From contig OX597818.1 in the NCBI GenBank assembly GCA_951406725.2, positions 106,764,001 through 106,828,000 of the forward strand: a stretch of DNA of 64,000 bases. The letters run 5' to 3'. A program made the position numbers and the translations under genes. The notes below the pieces were generated by a model, which worked only from the letters and a program-made list of their open reading frames with translations, was not told the DNA's origin and did no database searches. Positions 12,205 to 26,115 of this stretch are shown here, in pieces; positions within the stretch are counted from its first letter, which is position 1, and every line of letters starts with the position of its first letter. The DNA is from Octopus vulgaris (taxonomy: Eukaryota).

Positions 12205-12430
12205 TAAATAGTAATAAAAGAAATAGGAAATGGAATTTTACCTGGTATGATGTTCCATTTTCAATAGATGTCAAAATGAGAATTGCACGCTTATTCTTTA
12301 AAATTCTTTCCCATTGCAATATAAGTATTACTAAATTTTCAACAAGTCAACCATTAAACTTTCTTATTCAGCAACCCCTAATTTAGTCTCTATTATAGCT
12401 AAATCAAATCAGAACAAATTAAAGAAATGT
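12205..12430 (+). mobile_element. Penelope-like element fragment (RT thumb to GIY-YIG linker)
   Basis: Translates (with breaks) to NKRNRKWNFTWYDVPFSIDVKMRIARLFFKIL...IFNKSTIKLSYSATPNLVSIIAKSN. This matches the PLE linker pattern R.R...W.N.PFS..V......F......IFN..T.K.SYS...N...II...N. Confidence 0.75.
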
Positions 12431-13629
12431 GATATTTATTCTAAACTGACCAAAAATTCTTGTATTTATGTGGAATGTCCTGTCCTCTATATTAGTTATA
12501 ATAACATTAGTAGTAATTGTAGCCTTAGAATGAGTAGGAGTGGTCGTAATAATACAAGCATCCAGCAACCCACGTAGTGATTGCACAACCTTACAAATGC
12601 TACCTCTAAATGAGTGATGTGAAAATCAAATGGGACTGGAACTGTTAACTGTGAAGATGTCATGCATGGCAGGCAAGGAGAATCTGGTAAAGCTCTGGCA
12701 GGTCAGCATCAAGTTGTTGAGCAGGACCAGAATCAAAGTCAAAAGTGTAAAAGGGGAAATAAAAACGAAGTGGGAAAAAGAGGGGAACAAATTTCTAATT
12801 GAAATTCTGGCTGAGAAATGAGCCAAATAAAAGAGGTTTCATGAAATGAATGAAGGGAATACAGGATGAAAAAGGAAGAGTTTTTGAAGCATCCACCCAG
12901 AAACTGATAGACCAGGTGAGGGCAATTCATATGAATGACTGGATTACAGGATTAGGGGTTGAAGAAATTCAGAGAAGAATAAAAAGTGAGAAGGAAGAGT
13001 GAGAAACAACATAGCAGAAAGTGGTAATGATGGATTAAAAGATGCAGAATATGAAAAAGAAGAAGGAAATCATTATGAGCCTGAGATTGCTGATGGAGAA
13101 AATAATGAAGACGATCAAGTTGGACAGGTGAGAGTAAATGCTGTAATAAGTCTTAGATGACAAAGAGGAGATTCTAGGAATGCTGCAAGGTGAAATGTGT
13201 GATGGAAACAATGGAGTACCACCAAATGTCAGATATATGAACAGAAGGAAAGTAAAGAGAGCCACAGCCAAAGGAAATGGTGCTTTGAGCTTGGTTGGCA
13301 CAGAAAACATCAGTGAAACAAATGTGCTAACAATTCTGCCTTAATAATAATAATAATAATAATGAAAAGAGTGAATGCAGCATAGATGATGACGATGATG
13401 ATGATGGTTATTATTCCATATTCTATTCATAAAATCATTTACTCTTACAGTATTCCTGGAACTAAAATACTTTGCCTACTTTCTATAAGACATTTACTTT
13501 GCATACAAGATTAATTCCGTGCCATATTAATTATACAGCTTCCATGATTGTTTGCTTCATTAAAAGGTTCCTGGAGATGTAAGAACTGTTTAGCATTGCA
13601 TGATGCTGCTACTGTACGAGACTTGTTCC

Positions 13630-13848
13630 GGCAGCAAACTGGAAGAATTGCTAGCATGCTGGACAAGATGCTGGGCAGTATTTCATCCATCTTTACACTC
13701 TGAGTTCGAATGCCACGGAGGCCGACTTTGTCTTTCGTCCTTCTCAGGTTGATAAAATAGTTGTGAGTTGAACACTGGGGTCGATACAATCAACTAGAGT
13801 CCTTCCCTCCAAATTATCAGGTCTTGTGCCTTCTGTAGGAAGGTTATT
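13630..13848 (+). mobile_element. tRNA-headed SINE family B (older copy)
   Basis: ctgagttcgaatgcc B-box-like motif; gactttgtctttcgtccttctcaggttgataaaat core; ggtcttgtgcc tail. Confidence 0.8.
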
Positions 13849-16669
13849 TATACTCTGGATAAAAATGAGTTGAATTTACCTCTACTACCACTCACATGAA
13901 CGGTACTACTACCACCACAACAGCTATCACCACTCCAACCATGGCAAACACTGCTGCCACTGCTACCACCACCACCACCACCACCACCATCACTATCACT
14001 GTTATAATCATTGTCCCTTATTTGCTCTCCACTCCTCTTTCTCCTTTCTCTTCCCTCACCACAACCACCTGACTTATTTGGGAAAGTCTGTGACTGTCAG
14101 ATCCTTGAATCCTGTACCATTTCTTCATCTTGGTTCAATATTCTTTTCTCTTAAACAACTTCTGAGTGTTTTTCCTTGCTTTGCCTCAGCTCCAGCTTTC
14201 TTCGATTATAAACTTGCAGCTTTCCTACCAGTTTGTCTTAGATATGTGCCAAGTGAACACTGAAGAACCATCTTTACATGAAAGATGAGCTCTGTTATTG
14301 CAAAAAAGATGTTCGTATCAATGTACCTAATTTGTGAACCCTTACCATTGTTCAACTGAAGTAAAGCTAAATAATTGTCTTTCATGCTTTTGATTTTTGG
14401 AAAAATTGTGCTTTGGATATTTTTTCTATCATTTGTTTTGAAGCTTTTAAGTTTGTGTTTCCTCATAAATAACAAAGTTCAAGGTCAGTGTTGTGTGGCA
14501 TTGGCTCCTACATCTTTATTTCTAGCAAGAAAAAGAAGAATATGAGAGTCAGGGAGGGAAAGAGAGAAAGAGAGATATGAAGTAAAAGAAAAAAAAAGGA
14601 AAATAAATATGATAGCGACATACACGAAGATAAAACTGGAATAAAAACACTGTCAAAGAAACCAATATTATATAGCAGATGTATATTATACCATTTCTCT
14701 TATTCTGCCGATATATGTATATATTGATCTAAACATGGAGAATGAAGAGTTTCTTGGTTAAAAGAAAAAATGTTTAAAAAGCAAAAATGTTTCTCTCTGT
14801 ATTCCTTCAACTTTTCAGCCATAAAAATGGTTCTGCTGAAGATATCTTAAACTGATAAAGGTTATCATGCACAAAGTGTATACTTTCTAATTCTTTGAAT
14901 ATTCCAAGCTGGCATGAATTTTTCCTGGCTGCTGTTTTTATCATGTTTAAATAGAAATCTGAGTTATGTATTTAGCTCAAAAAATCAGACACACCATAAT
15001 GGTCAATAACAGAAGGTTAAAAGCCACAAAAATTCTTCAAATTGTTGTTCCTTGTTTTTGATTTTCCTTTAATATTATTTGGCTGATTTTTTTTGCTTTT
15101 TTTGTTTTATTCAATTCTTCCATAAGCTTAATTTTAGTTTTAGACTTGAAGTATCAAATGGATTCAAAATGCCAAATTATATAACTTTCAACAAATAATG
15201 TGTTTAGCTTAGATATCATGGTCAACTACAAGAGTGACCCATAGACTTTGGTCAGCTTTATTACATCTTGAAACAATCATGGGAATATTGTAAAGATTCT
15301 TGCTTGATATGGTTGACATCTCTCACTTGCCATGTCATCTGTCATATTCTACCTAAAAAATATTTTTTTTCTCTTTAGTAAATATCTATCTGCAGACTCA
15401 AGAAGTTAATAGTCTTTGGCATTTTGACAATGCTTTAAATAAAATAATTAAAAGAGAAAAAAAAAGAGAAAAAGAGAAGGAAAACGAAAAGAAAAATGGT
15501 GAAGCAGTTTAGCAATTCCATTAGATTTTCTCACGGCTAAATAGTTGCATCCTACTTTAGAATCTTACTATTTTTCAATGTAGACCATCATTTGTTCCTC
15601 ACTTTCTATTGTTTCCCTTCAAAATAAGCAAAAGGGTCCGTTTAAAATTGAGATCTATTGGAAATAGAGTCCAATTGTGACACAACTGTGTCTGCAACAT
15701 GGTTCTCATACTGAAGAAATAGGTGAACGACCCAATCTGATAATGAATAAATAAATATAACGATAGGGATCAAATGTAAACGAAATATTTTTATAGCTAT
15801 CTTTTATCGTTTCCGTGATCCGGTCATTAGACTATGGTAATGCTGGTGGTCACAGGTTAAAATGTACCCATTTTCTACAGTAAAAGGGGTTGGCATTGAA
15901 GCATTCTAGTTCTAGACTTTTATGAAAGTGTTGCTAAAAAAAGCTGTGCACATCTGCTTGAAATCTGTTATCATCTGTTCTTTGTTGTTTATCAAGGTCT
16001 GTGTCATGCTTCAGATGTGATGGTCTCTTGCTACTCTCCGAGGTCATGAAACAACCTTAGCACCCTTATATTTCAGTACTTAAACCTTAGAGTAAATGTG
16101 CAGTGTTTAACACCAATGAAATGGCCAAGTACTATTTTTTTATCTCAACCATATTTCTTTGCAAAATCCTTTCTGCAAACTTTAAATTTTCCTTTAAATT
16201 CATCTCTTGTCAACTATTTTCTATAGTTACTTCTTTGCTAATTGTGCCATTTTTGGAGTTCCTCTTCCCTGTCAAGTTTCACAGATTACTGATCAGGAAG
16301 TTTCTTTTCTTTCCTTCTCTCTCTTTATTTTGGAATTCTATTTTTGATTCTTCTTTTTTTTTTTTTTTTTTCATGTTTTTACTTATTTTGCTCTCTTCTA
16401 AATCTTTATCTTCAGTTGAAGCATTTCTAAAGCTGTAAACTGATAGAATTGATTAAGATAAAATATTTTCTGCTTTTTGTTCTGACCCTTACTTTGTGCA
16501 GTTCAAATCCAGATGAAGTCAACTTTGATTTTCATCTCTCTGATTTCCATAACACATCTGACTCAGCTGTTGAATTGATGGAATTCTTATAACATTGGAC
16601 AAAATGCTTTGTGGAACTTCTTCAAATTCTTTATATTTTAAGATCCACATTAAGTATGGTGAAATTATA

Positions 16670-16993
16670 GGAGCACTCCATCAGTTACAGCGACAAGGGT
16701 CCCAGCTGATCCAATCAATGGAACAGCCTGCTGGTGAAATCAACATGTAGGTGGCTGAACACTCCACAGACACGTGTACCCTTAACATAATTCTCGGGGT
16801 AAATTCAGCATGACATAAAGTGTGACAAGGCTGGCCCTTTGAAATACAGGTACTTCTCATTTTTGCCAGCTGAGTGGACTGGAGCAACATGAAATTAAGT
16901 ATCTTGCTCAAGGACACAGTGTGTTGCCAGGAATTGAACTCATGACCATACGATTGTGAGCTGAATGCCCAAACCACTAAGTGATGCACCTTC
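16670..16993 (-). mobile_element. tRNA-headed SINE family D
   Basis: Head at the right (gagttcaattcc B-box on the minus strand), ccttgagcaag core-like motif; collinear with 49025-49296. Confidence 0.8.
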
Positions 16994-17761
16994 ACTGATG
17001 AAATTATATTCCCCTAACAAGCTGACAGAGCCTTATAAAACAACTTTCAAAGGAAGAGAACAGTCTTCCAACAATTTACTTAGCAAAAATTGTTGTTCAT
17101 CTTGAGAGGTTAGTGTATTTAAATTGATAAACTTTTCCCCATTATTTCCTTTAATATCAACCAGACTCTTTTGTAGACTTCTTTTCCAATTTTCCTGCCC
17201 ATTTCAATTGTATTATAGTTTATCAGTTTAATATTTCTATGGATGATTCTGGGTTAATTTACTGATTCCTGTGTTTGGTTCTAATGTTTTCAATTTTAAT
17301 TAATTTCTTTCTTCTTCAAGTAGGTCTGGTATATTTGTCTAAATCCTGTCCTCATTTTAATTTTATGAATAAATTAATGAATAAATTTTAGTTGATTGAT
17401 CTTTAGTATTTAGTATCTAAGTCTGTAAAATAGAAGAGATTGTTTATAAGACAGCTGAACCTTTAATAACAACTGGTTTATTCAGAACCTTTGTTAAAGT
17501 TGAAGGAATAAGGAGTCTTTCATTTTCTTATCTTATGAGTATAGGGCTGATTGTTGTCTACCCTGCAGTGATATGGTTTTTTTAAAATATATTATCTATG
17601 TACCATGGGGTGCTTTCTCAAGAATGAGTGTCTGTAATTGTCAATACTGCAATATACAGTAAAAAGCTCTTTGGTAATTGACCCCTGCTATGTTAAGGCT
17701 TTTTCCTTCTCTTTTTCTGTTAGTAATAATTCTTGGATTTACCAGTAATTCTTTTTCTAGC

Positions 17762-17930
17762 ATCTTGTAGTGGGTGCTTTTATGTGCCACCAGCATGGGG
17801 GTTAGTCAGGTGGTACTGGCATCGATCACGCTTGAATGGTGCCTTTTATGTGCCACCAGCACAGGAGCCAGTCAGTTGGCACTGGCAATGACCACACTTG
17901 AATGGTGCTTTTTTTTATGCCACCAGCAAA
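17762..17930 (-). mobile_element. Family C internal fragment (three modules)
   Basis: Three ggtgc(t/c)tttt..tgccaccagca units. Confidence 0.75.
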
Positions 17931-18740
17931 AATAATTATTAATATTTTAAGTCTTGTATTTATGATTTTGCACATTTGTTTTACTATATTCAAAATATAT
18001 AAATTTTTTCACCACCATTCTTGTACCATTTTTTCTTGTTACAATCTCTACAGTTCTTAGTTTTGTTTTCAAGTTGTAAGTTTTACCTGTATTAATATAA
18101 TCGTTTGGTTAATTATTTTTATCTTACTTGGTGTCCCAGTTACTATTGCTTATTGCTTTGAAATTTCATAGCAAATTTGATGTCCTTCAAAGTGTTGCTT
18201 TGTTTGGAAAGAATCAACATGTCGGCCAAACTCAATCAGATTTCTTTGTGTTTCTTATTATGATACCTGATTCCCTCACTTTGATCTTATTGACCTTGAC
18301 AGACATGTTCAAAAGTAGTGTAGTCATATTATTGTCACCTGTGACTGCTTATGCCCTTTATTTTCCCCATTTTGGTATAAAATTATTTCTATTCTGTTCA
18401 ATGGATAGAACAGTGGAACCTATCGTATCCCTCAATGTATTGTCTTTACAACAATCTGTCAGCTGCGAATGATGTCCTTTGTTTCTTTATGTTGATTGTA
18501 TTTGATGGAAGCCTTTTGCTTTATTATTTTGTTTTGTCTAAATCAGATTTTCTATTTCAACTTTCAAAGTAAGGAAGTTAAACAATCATATTTGCTCGTT
18601 TCCTCTTCATCTGGCATGAGAATTGGCCATAAAGCATATTTCTCTCCACAGTTTTCTTTAGTACTTCAGGTTTTTGAATGTCACTTGAATTTTAACTTAT
18701 TTTTTAAATCTAAACCTTTCTGTGTCTTAAGACAGCAGAA

Positions 18741-18797
<57 letters not shown>

Positions 18798-21700
18798 GAG
18801 AAGAGAATTAGTTTTTGTTTTGTGTTTGACTGTTTTCTCAAAGAGACAGAGAGGTGGGTTGTTTTGTGTTCTAAATATTACTTTATAGCCTTAAGTTCAG
18901 GAATTCATTTTTTTTTTTTTTGTTTTCTGGTTGTTTTTCAGGTCTGAGCACCAAGACACTTTCCAGTTCTCTAAGTTTGACTGTATTAACTTTGATTTTG
19001 TCCAATTAGGGAACTCATAAGGAACTGATGAGGAAGAAGAGAGGAATGGCCTTGGGTAGCCTTTACAAAGAGAGTTTGCTGAGAGACATTTTTCACATTT
19101 TGCCCTGATATAATTAAAATGAAGTAATATGGCATCAAATTTGACATCCAACAAAGAAGAGAAAAATGAGGAATAAAGTAGAAGAAAGAGGGCGTGAAGA
19201 GACTTTCTCTCCTTGAGAAAATGGAAGTGTTGACAATGAGAATTATTATTACAAGCATTATCAAAGTAGCAACAATACCAAGCAACCACAACAAGAACAA
19301 CACAGGCATCATTGCGAAATCTGCTCCAGTCAGTGGCAAAAACAGTAACGACACACATAGCTACCATTATTGTCAGTCTTTTTGTTGTTGCAAAAAATGA
19401 ACAGACCAAAGAATAACGAGAAAAGACATTGATTCTTGAGGAAACATAAGTAATGGAATAACAGCAACAGCAAAGTTTACGAAAGTGATTGGAATCTGGG
19501 TAGATTTGGATGTATTGAAGGACCCAGAAAATGAGGGAAATTAGAAAAAGAATATCACTAAGACCATACCAGAAGAATTTGAAGGGTTCAGATGTATGAG
19601 GACAGGAAAATATCTCTGCTTCTCAAAGAACAAAGAAAAGGTAATCAAATTCATAAAGGCAAATTTTGAACAGCAGTGTGGCTACTAACCAGACTGGGGA
19701 TTGAACCTGGCGAACCTGGTGGACAGAGAGGAGGAAAGAGAAGTTGCACATTCATATGTTACACACTCCTGGATTGTTGTTTCTAGTATAAGGTATGAAA
19801 AAAATCTGCGAATCAGGGTCAGAAAGAAGAGTGAGGCTGTAGGTAGGGAATGATGTTAATGCCATAATGCCAGATAATTTGCTCAGAGAGTGGTACTTAT
19901 CATTACAAATATGAGTAATAAAAAGGTAATTAAAGCAAGTTAGGCTGCAACTCATTAGCTAGAATAGAAATTCCAATTCTAGTGGCTGTGACATACGTTG
20001 CTGTACCAAAGTTCCAATTAAGAGACTTTAGAGTTGGTTTGGTTCAAATCCTTTGGTAAATAAAAAGTGGGACAAGGAACAGGAAGGCTGATCTCATCAA
20101 GAAATGGGTCGTGAGGTTGGGTGAAGGTGGTGAACCCTCTCATTATCCCTTTAGACTGTATAGAACCAGATTAGATTGTCTTCTTTCTTGCTTCTTGTGG
20201 AAGAAACAGGTTCTGTTATTTACAGGATGCATCTGCTGCCATTGCCTTTTGTATGGATGCTCAGTATGGAATGGTAATGGTGTGCAGGAAAGTACTGAAG
20301 CCACAACATCTGAAGAGATTCTGAGACAGAGAACAGGTGGGATCATGATTTGGGAAGTAAACCCACCTACAATGCATTTCTTTGGTGGCTGGACAGACAG
20401 GATTGTCATGTAATATCTCCACAACAAATGAAATATTTTTATGCCGAGTATTCCAAGTAGAGTAGCAAACACCCAATCTCCCAACAGTACCATCTTATAG
20501 CACAAAACCTTCATCACTGCAATGGGGAATAATTACAGATGAAGAAAATTCACAAATGGTTGGTGAAAATATGAAAGAACAAAATGAGAAAATCACAGGA
20601 AAGAACCCAACAAAAAGAAAGAAGAAGAATTAAGCTTCATAATTCTTTAAAACTCAAAGAAACAGTAGATAGAATTATGCATCTCTGGTGCCAAAGACTT
20701 TCTGAAGAAGTTAGAATGGCACAAAACCAGTTTCAGAATATAAACAACTTGTAAGAAATAGTTACTGTGAGACTTGGCATTTTTTCACCTTCAAACTGTG
20801 ACCCTTGGATATCAAAATAGTTATTTTATTCTGCTAGAGAAACAGTTGGGACATTAGCTGAACAATGATTGCTTGATTCTCACTCAGTCTAACAAAATTC
20901 TCATTGACAGCAGTGTTATCAGCATTAATTTTGTATATTCCCAATCAGTTTAAATTCAGCAAAACTATAAACAAGGGTCTTCCATCCATGACCATCTTAC
21001 AGACATAATGTTTATAAGTTTACATTACTAAACATGTCCTCATTTGATAAAAATGATATGAAGTGATATTAGAAAGATTAAAGTTGAACAAAATCCCATA
21101 CAAGCTTTCCCATTGGCTCCTATGATCAACCAATGAAAAAGACTGTGCTTTAGAATGATATCAATTACCAAAGTAGTTTTCCTTTTCTTCAAATCTGAAG
21201 CTCAGACACTTTTCTTAGAGTTATTGGCAAAACTGTTCATATTTTAACTCTGAGATGTGTTAAATGTAAGGAATTTCTCTTGGAGAATGATTGAAAGCAT
21301 TTCCTGGCAATAATAATAAAAAAAAAGTTGGCAGAATAGCAGCAGTTAAGAATATTAATACTTTTAAAGTTATTAAAATATATGTCCTTTTAGCAGTGAA
21401 TGAGGACTTCAACATGTGACAGGAATATTGTGGAGTCATTTAAATTACTAATAGTTTGATAATTTTTTAAAATTAAACAAGAAGTGATGGAAAGAAAAAT
21501 AAATTTTGACTCGTTCTAAACATAGAACAGAGTATGAAGAATAAGATATTAATTATTTGGTCTCATAACCTCAGCTTTAGACCATTTTTTAATATTTACA
21601 TTTACACAACATTTTGGTAATTTTGAACTCTGATCTAAATTTGAACCAAGAACTTTCATTTATGAAATAATGACAACAAAATATGCATCAATGTTCTGTT

Positions 21701-22036
21701 GGATAAGAGAGTTATTTGTCTTAGTTTACAGATAAAGATGAGGTTAAAACTGAAAACAATTAATATTGTGTTAGTAACAACCATTCTTAGCCACATTAAC
21801 AGTGTGAAGAAGCTTAATACCAGAACCTGTTCAAGTGTGGTGCTTTATTGTTTCTGGGAGTTTACTGCCTGAGGCTCACCAGTGTCATAAAAGTGATTGG
21901 TACTATTGTCAGAAGCATATAAAATGTTAATAACAAGAATAAAGAGAGAGAGAGAGAGAAATAAGTGGGAGGAGGCACTGTATTTTTGTGTTTGAGTGTG
22001 TCAGTGAGACAAATGCCATGAACAAACACACACATA

Positions 22037-22196
22037 GGTGCAAGTATGGCTGTGTGGTAAGAAACTTACTTCCCAACCTCATAGTTTTGGGTTCAGTCCT
22101 CCAGCATGGTACCTTGAGCAAGCGTCTTCTACTTTAGCCTTCGGCCACATAGCCTTATGAGTGGATTTGGTAGGTGGAAACTGAAAGAAGCTCGTT
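22037..22196 (+). mobile_element. SINE family A, 5' half
   Basis: tggctgtgtggtaag...accttgagcaag...gtggatttggtagg..aaactgaaagaagc. Confidence 0.8.
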
Positions 22197-22821
22197 GTAT
22201 GTATGTATGTATGTACGTATTATGTATGTATGTACGTGTGTATGTGTGTATGTATGTGTATGTGTATGTATGTGTTGGGTGGGAGACAAAATATGAAATT
22301 CACAAGACTCTTTATTCACCATGGTTATTTCTACCCATCATGCACTGGACCCCACAACTGTGTGTGGCACAAAGATCCACAAGTGGCACATTGCTCCAGC
22401 ATTTAAGACATTGTAAAATCAAAACCAGAAATCAGACCACAGTGCCAAGAACATCCATGCTGTTGATTCAGATGAGGAATTGGTACAGGCTATTGAGACC
22501 AGATGCTGTAAGCTCAAAGTGCCCCTTGCAAGAGCAAAAGAAGAATTGGAGATATTGGACCAGAAAATAGTTCAAAAACTGAATGTCCTCATTGGGAAAA
22601 CAAGAAGTTATAGGCTGAAACACTTACCTGAAGAGGGTTTCTTCTCTGAAGACCTTTTGTTGTTCAGCTCTCTTGAGAGTTTCTTATCACATTTTATCAG
22701 AGAGTTCGTCTTGTGTTCTTCTCTTTCAAGATATCTGAATATGATATGAAACAAATTTGACTGCTATGTTTACCATGATAAGCAACCATATACTTTAAAA
22801 GAAGATCATAGGAATAATGAA

Positions 22822-23580
22822 ACATCATCATCATCACCATCATCGTTTAACGTCTGTTTTCCAGACCAGCATGGGTTGGACGGTTCCACTGGGGTTTGGA
22901 AAGCCAGGAGGCTGCACCAGGCTCCAGTCTGATCTGGCAGTGTTTCTACAGATGGATGCCCTTCCTAACACCAACCTCTCCAAGAGTGTAGTGGGTGCTT
23001 TTTACGTGCCACCGGCACAGGAGCCAGAGGGGTCTGGAAACGACCACGATCAGATGGTGTTTTTTATGTGCCACTGGCACAGAAGCTAGTCAGGGTCATG
23101 CTGGCATTGGCTACGTTTGGATGGTGCTTTTTACGTGCCACCGGCACAGGGATCACAACTACAATTTCCATTTGATTTTCATTTTCATGTACTTGACTCA
23201 ATAGGTCTCCTCAAGCACAGCAGGTCACCCTATGAGCCAAGGTCCTTTTGAATGGGCTGGGGTTGGTTATGTGACACTGGTGTAGGTTACAGTTGTGAAC
23301 TCACTTTATTTGTTGGGTCTTCGCAGTCCCAGCATATCTCCAGAGGTCTCGGTCTTTCGTCATTGCCTCTGTGAGGCCCAACCTTCGAAGGTCATGCTTG
23401 ACCACCTCATCCCATGTCTTCATGGGTATACCTCTACCCCAGATTCCTTCAACTGTTTGGGAGTGGCACCTCTTCACACATCTCTCCTCATCCATCCATG
23501 GTACATGACCATACCAGCACAAATGTCTCTCTTGCATGCCACACCCGATACTTCTTATGTCCAACATTTCTCTCAGGGCA
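22822..23580 (-). mobile_element. 5'-truncated RTE LINE: RT C-terminus, 3' UTR and (GAT)n tail
   Basis: ORF 23301-23567 reads ERHLCWYGHV...GRGIPMKTWDEVVKHDLRRLGL...DRDLW, the canonical RTE C-terminus. Its 3' UTR is the family C sequence. Confidence 0.9.
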
Positions 23581-23819
23581 CCGACAGTGAAATCAATTGG
23601 AACTCAGCACATGGATGACTGCTATTCTATGAACTTGGCACTGTTATTGGATGATGAAACTGGTGGTTTTGTTTAGTTTTGTTTCTTTGAGTAAAACATG
23701 GATAAAAAGTGTTTCAGCTCTGAGCATTCTATTTTTTGCCCTGTATACCATGCTTTGAAACTGAACCCAGAACCATATGGGGATAGCCATGCATATAATC
23801 AATACCCACACCTATATCC

Positions 23820-24310
23820 TCCTCCTCCTCCTCCTCATTCATCATTGTTTAACATCCATCTTCCATGCATGGGTAGGATGGTTGACAGGAGCTGCCAGGT
23901 AGAAAAACTACCCTAGGCTACTGTGTCTGTTTTGGCAGGGATTTTACAGCTGGATGCCCTTCCTAACACCAACCACTCCATAGAGTGGACTCTGCCCTTC
24001 CTGATGCCAACCACTTTACAGTGTGGACTGGATGCTTTTAATGTGGCGCCAGCACTGGCAGGGTAACCAATCAACTCACAAGACGGAATTATGGGAGGGG
24101 TAGGGCATTTGAGGAGGGGAATACGTGTCAGAGGATGAAGGGTTAGAGTGTGACAAAGAGACAGACAGACAGACAGAAGCAAGTGTCTTGCCACAACAGA
24201 GGAGCCATTAGAGGAAGTGATCTGGTATCAAATGATGAAAGATTAGAGTGTAACAGGGAAATAGAGAGGCAGGTGTCTTGTCATAGAGGAGGTACATGGT
24301 TATCCAGTGT
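23820..24310 (-). mobile_element. Older family C subfamily 3' end
   Basis: ttccatgcatgggtaggatgg; duplicated gcccttcct..ccaaccact segment; related to 34180-34500. Confidence 0.7.
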
Positions 24311-25491
24311 GTGTGTGTGTCTTGATATTGCATGATGAGTGCCACCATGATGCATGAGGTGTTGTTTATTTGCAATCTTCTGTGAAAACATTCCCTTCTT
24401 TGGGGAAAATATTTCTTTACTTAGAGAACAGGTGAGTTAGTGACAATAATGGTATCTGGCCATAGAAAATTTGAATCTCTCTGACCTGAGCGAACATGGA
24501 AAAGTGGAAAGCACATGATGATGATGATGACAGTGATGAAGATGAGGATGTTAATCTACATTGGACAAAATACACTTGCACTGCATATATAAAAAATACG
24601 CACAGGGTTCTGTACAAAAACATAATTATCAGTGTGTGTGAGTGTGTGTTTATATATGTACATACTCACTTATAGATCTTCATACACATGTGCATCTCTA
24701 AACTGAATATAGTTCGATATACTACTGTGAGGAATATGTATGTATATTTGGATCTGAAGAAAGAAGTGTTTTATACGCCCCCCCCCCCTCCACATACACA
24801 TCACCACCACTCACCAAACATAAAACTAATTACTAAACAACAATTACTACCACTACTGCTAACATCATGAAGCTTATTTTCAAATTTTGTCGTCAATTAT
24901 AGGATAATTTTCCCCTTTATCTTGTTTATCACATTACTTTATTGAAAATCATTCAGTTTAGTTCCATAAACTACATTAGTGAACCTATCAACTTTACTTA
25001 CCTTTTCAGAAGAATTTTTTAATGTATAGGTTTAATACCTGAATCTAAGTCTTTGATCTATGTCAGGTAAAAGCCTCTTAAAATTTACGGAGACTAAATA
25101 TTACCACAGGGAAAATTAGTCAGAATTTTGGTTTTAGATATTTATCTTTGATTTATAGCAGTCAGTAAAAGTCAGTTAATTCATTAGTTTAGTTGCACCA
25201 TTAAAGGTCTTAATGGTTATTTCCCAGACTTATACCAGACAAAAAGAATGAACCTGTGTATCCTAACTTTGGGTGAAGAACAGCCATCCAAAAACTTCTA
25301 AGTTAGAATGGTAAAACCAGTTTCTTCATTTTTTTTTGTCATTCATTGTTTTATTCTGCTCTGAATTCTTTGGATTAGTAAAGCTGGACACAATCATCTT
25401 TCGGAACTGTTCTTAGTCAGCTCAGCCCAAGCATTTAAAAAACCTTGTAAAATTTGTTGCATTTAAATATTTGTACAGAAAACATTTACAA

Positions 25492-26115
25492 GGCATAGAC
25501 ATGGCTGTGTGATAAGAAGTTTGCTTCCCAGCCATCCTCCTCCTCCTTCTCATCATAATCATCGTCATCATCATCATCATCCAGCGTTTTAAATCTGGGT
25601 TTTGTCCCCATTAACTGGGGTGGCTGGATCTACCTCAATGCCATAGCAACCACCCTCACACCATCTTGCCCGGTTTTGGACGTCCTCCTTTTTCAAACCA
25701 ACCCTCCCAATCTCCTTCTCCACCTGTTTTCTCCATATTCAATCCCCCTGCATGGCACATTGGGCAAGTATCTTCTACTATAGCCTCAGGCTGACCAAAG
25801 CCTTGTGAGTGGATTTGGTAGACAGAAACTGAAAGAAGCCCATTACATATATATGTATATATATTATATACGTTTGTGTGTGTGTGTGTCTTTGTGTCTG
25901 TGTTTGTCCCCCCACTATTGCTTGACTAACAGTGTTGGTGTGTTTACATCCTTGTAACTCAGTGGTTCAGCAAAAGAGACTGATAGAAAAATAACAAGCT
26001 TAACAAAGAAAAAAGTAACAAAAATTAGTAATAGGGTTAATTCGTTTGACTAAGATTCTTCCAGGTGGTGCCCTAGCATGGCCATAATTTATTGACAAAG
26101 AAGAGATAAAAGGTA
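25492..26115 (+). mobile_element. SINE family A interrupted by an RTE 3' end
   Basis: Head at 25492-25535 resumes at about 25737 (ttcaatccc..ggcacattgggcaag) and runs through to the tail. Confidence 0.8.
25536..25736 (-). mobile_element. Short 3' end of another RTE-clade LINE
   Basis: Translates WRKQVEKEIGRVGLKKEDVQNRARW...; (GAT)n tail; ccat on both flanks. Confidence 0.7.

Larger units (their letters stand above)
16100..18560 (-). mobile_element. Highly degenerate L1/Tx1-like ORF2 remnant, interrupted by younger repeats
   Basis: The minus strand is A-rich. Motif relics occur in the expected order: GDNN (GDFN-like, about 18330), QGS (about 17685), YIDN (YADD-like, about 17595), GKSLSI (about 17130). 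Confidence 0.4.

Noticed and set aside
18128-19409. Hydrophobic 114-170 aa ORFs
   Set aside because: T-rich antisense readings of A-rich decayed LINE sequence.
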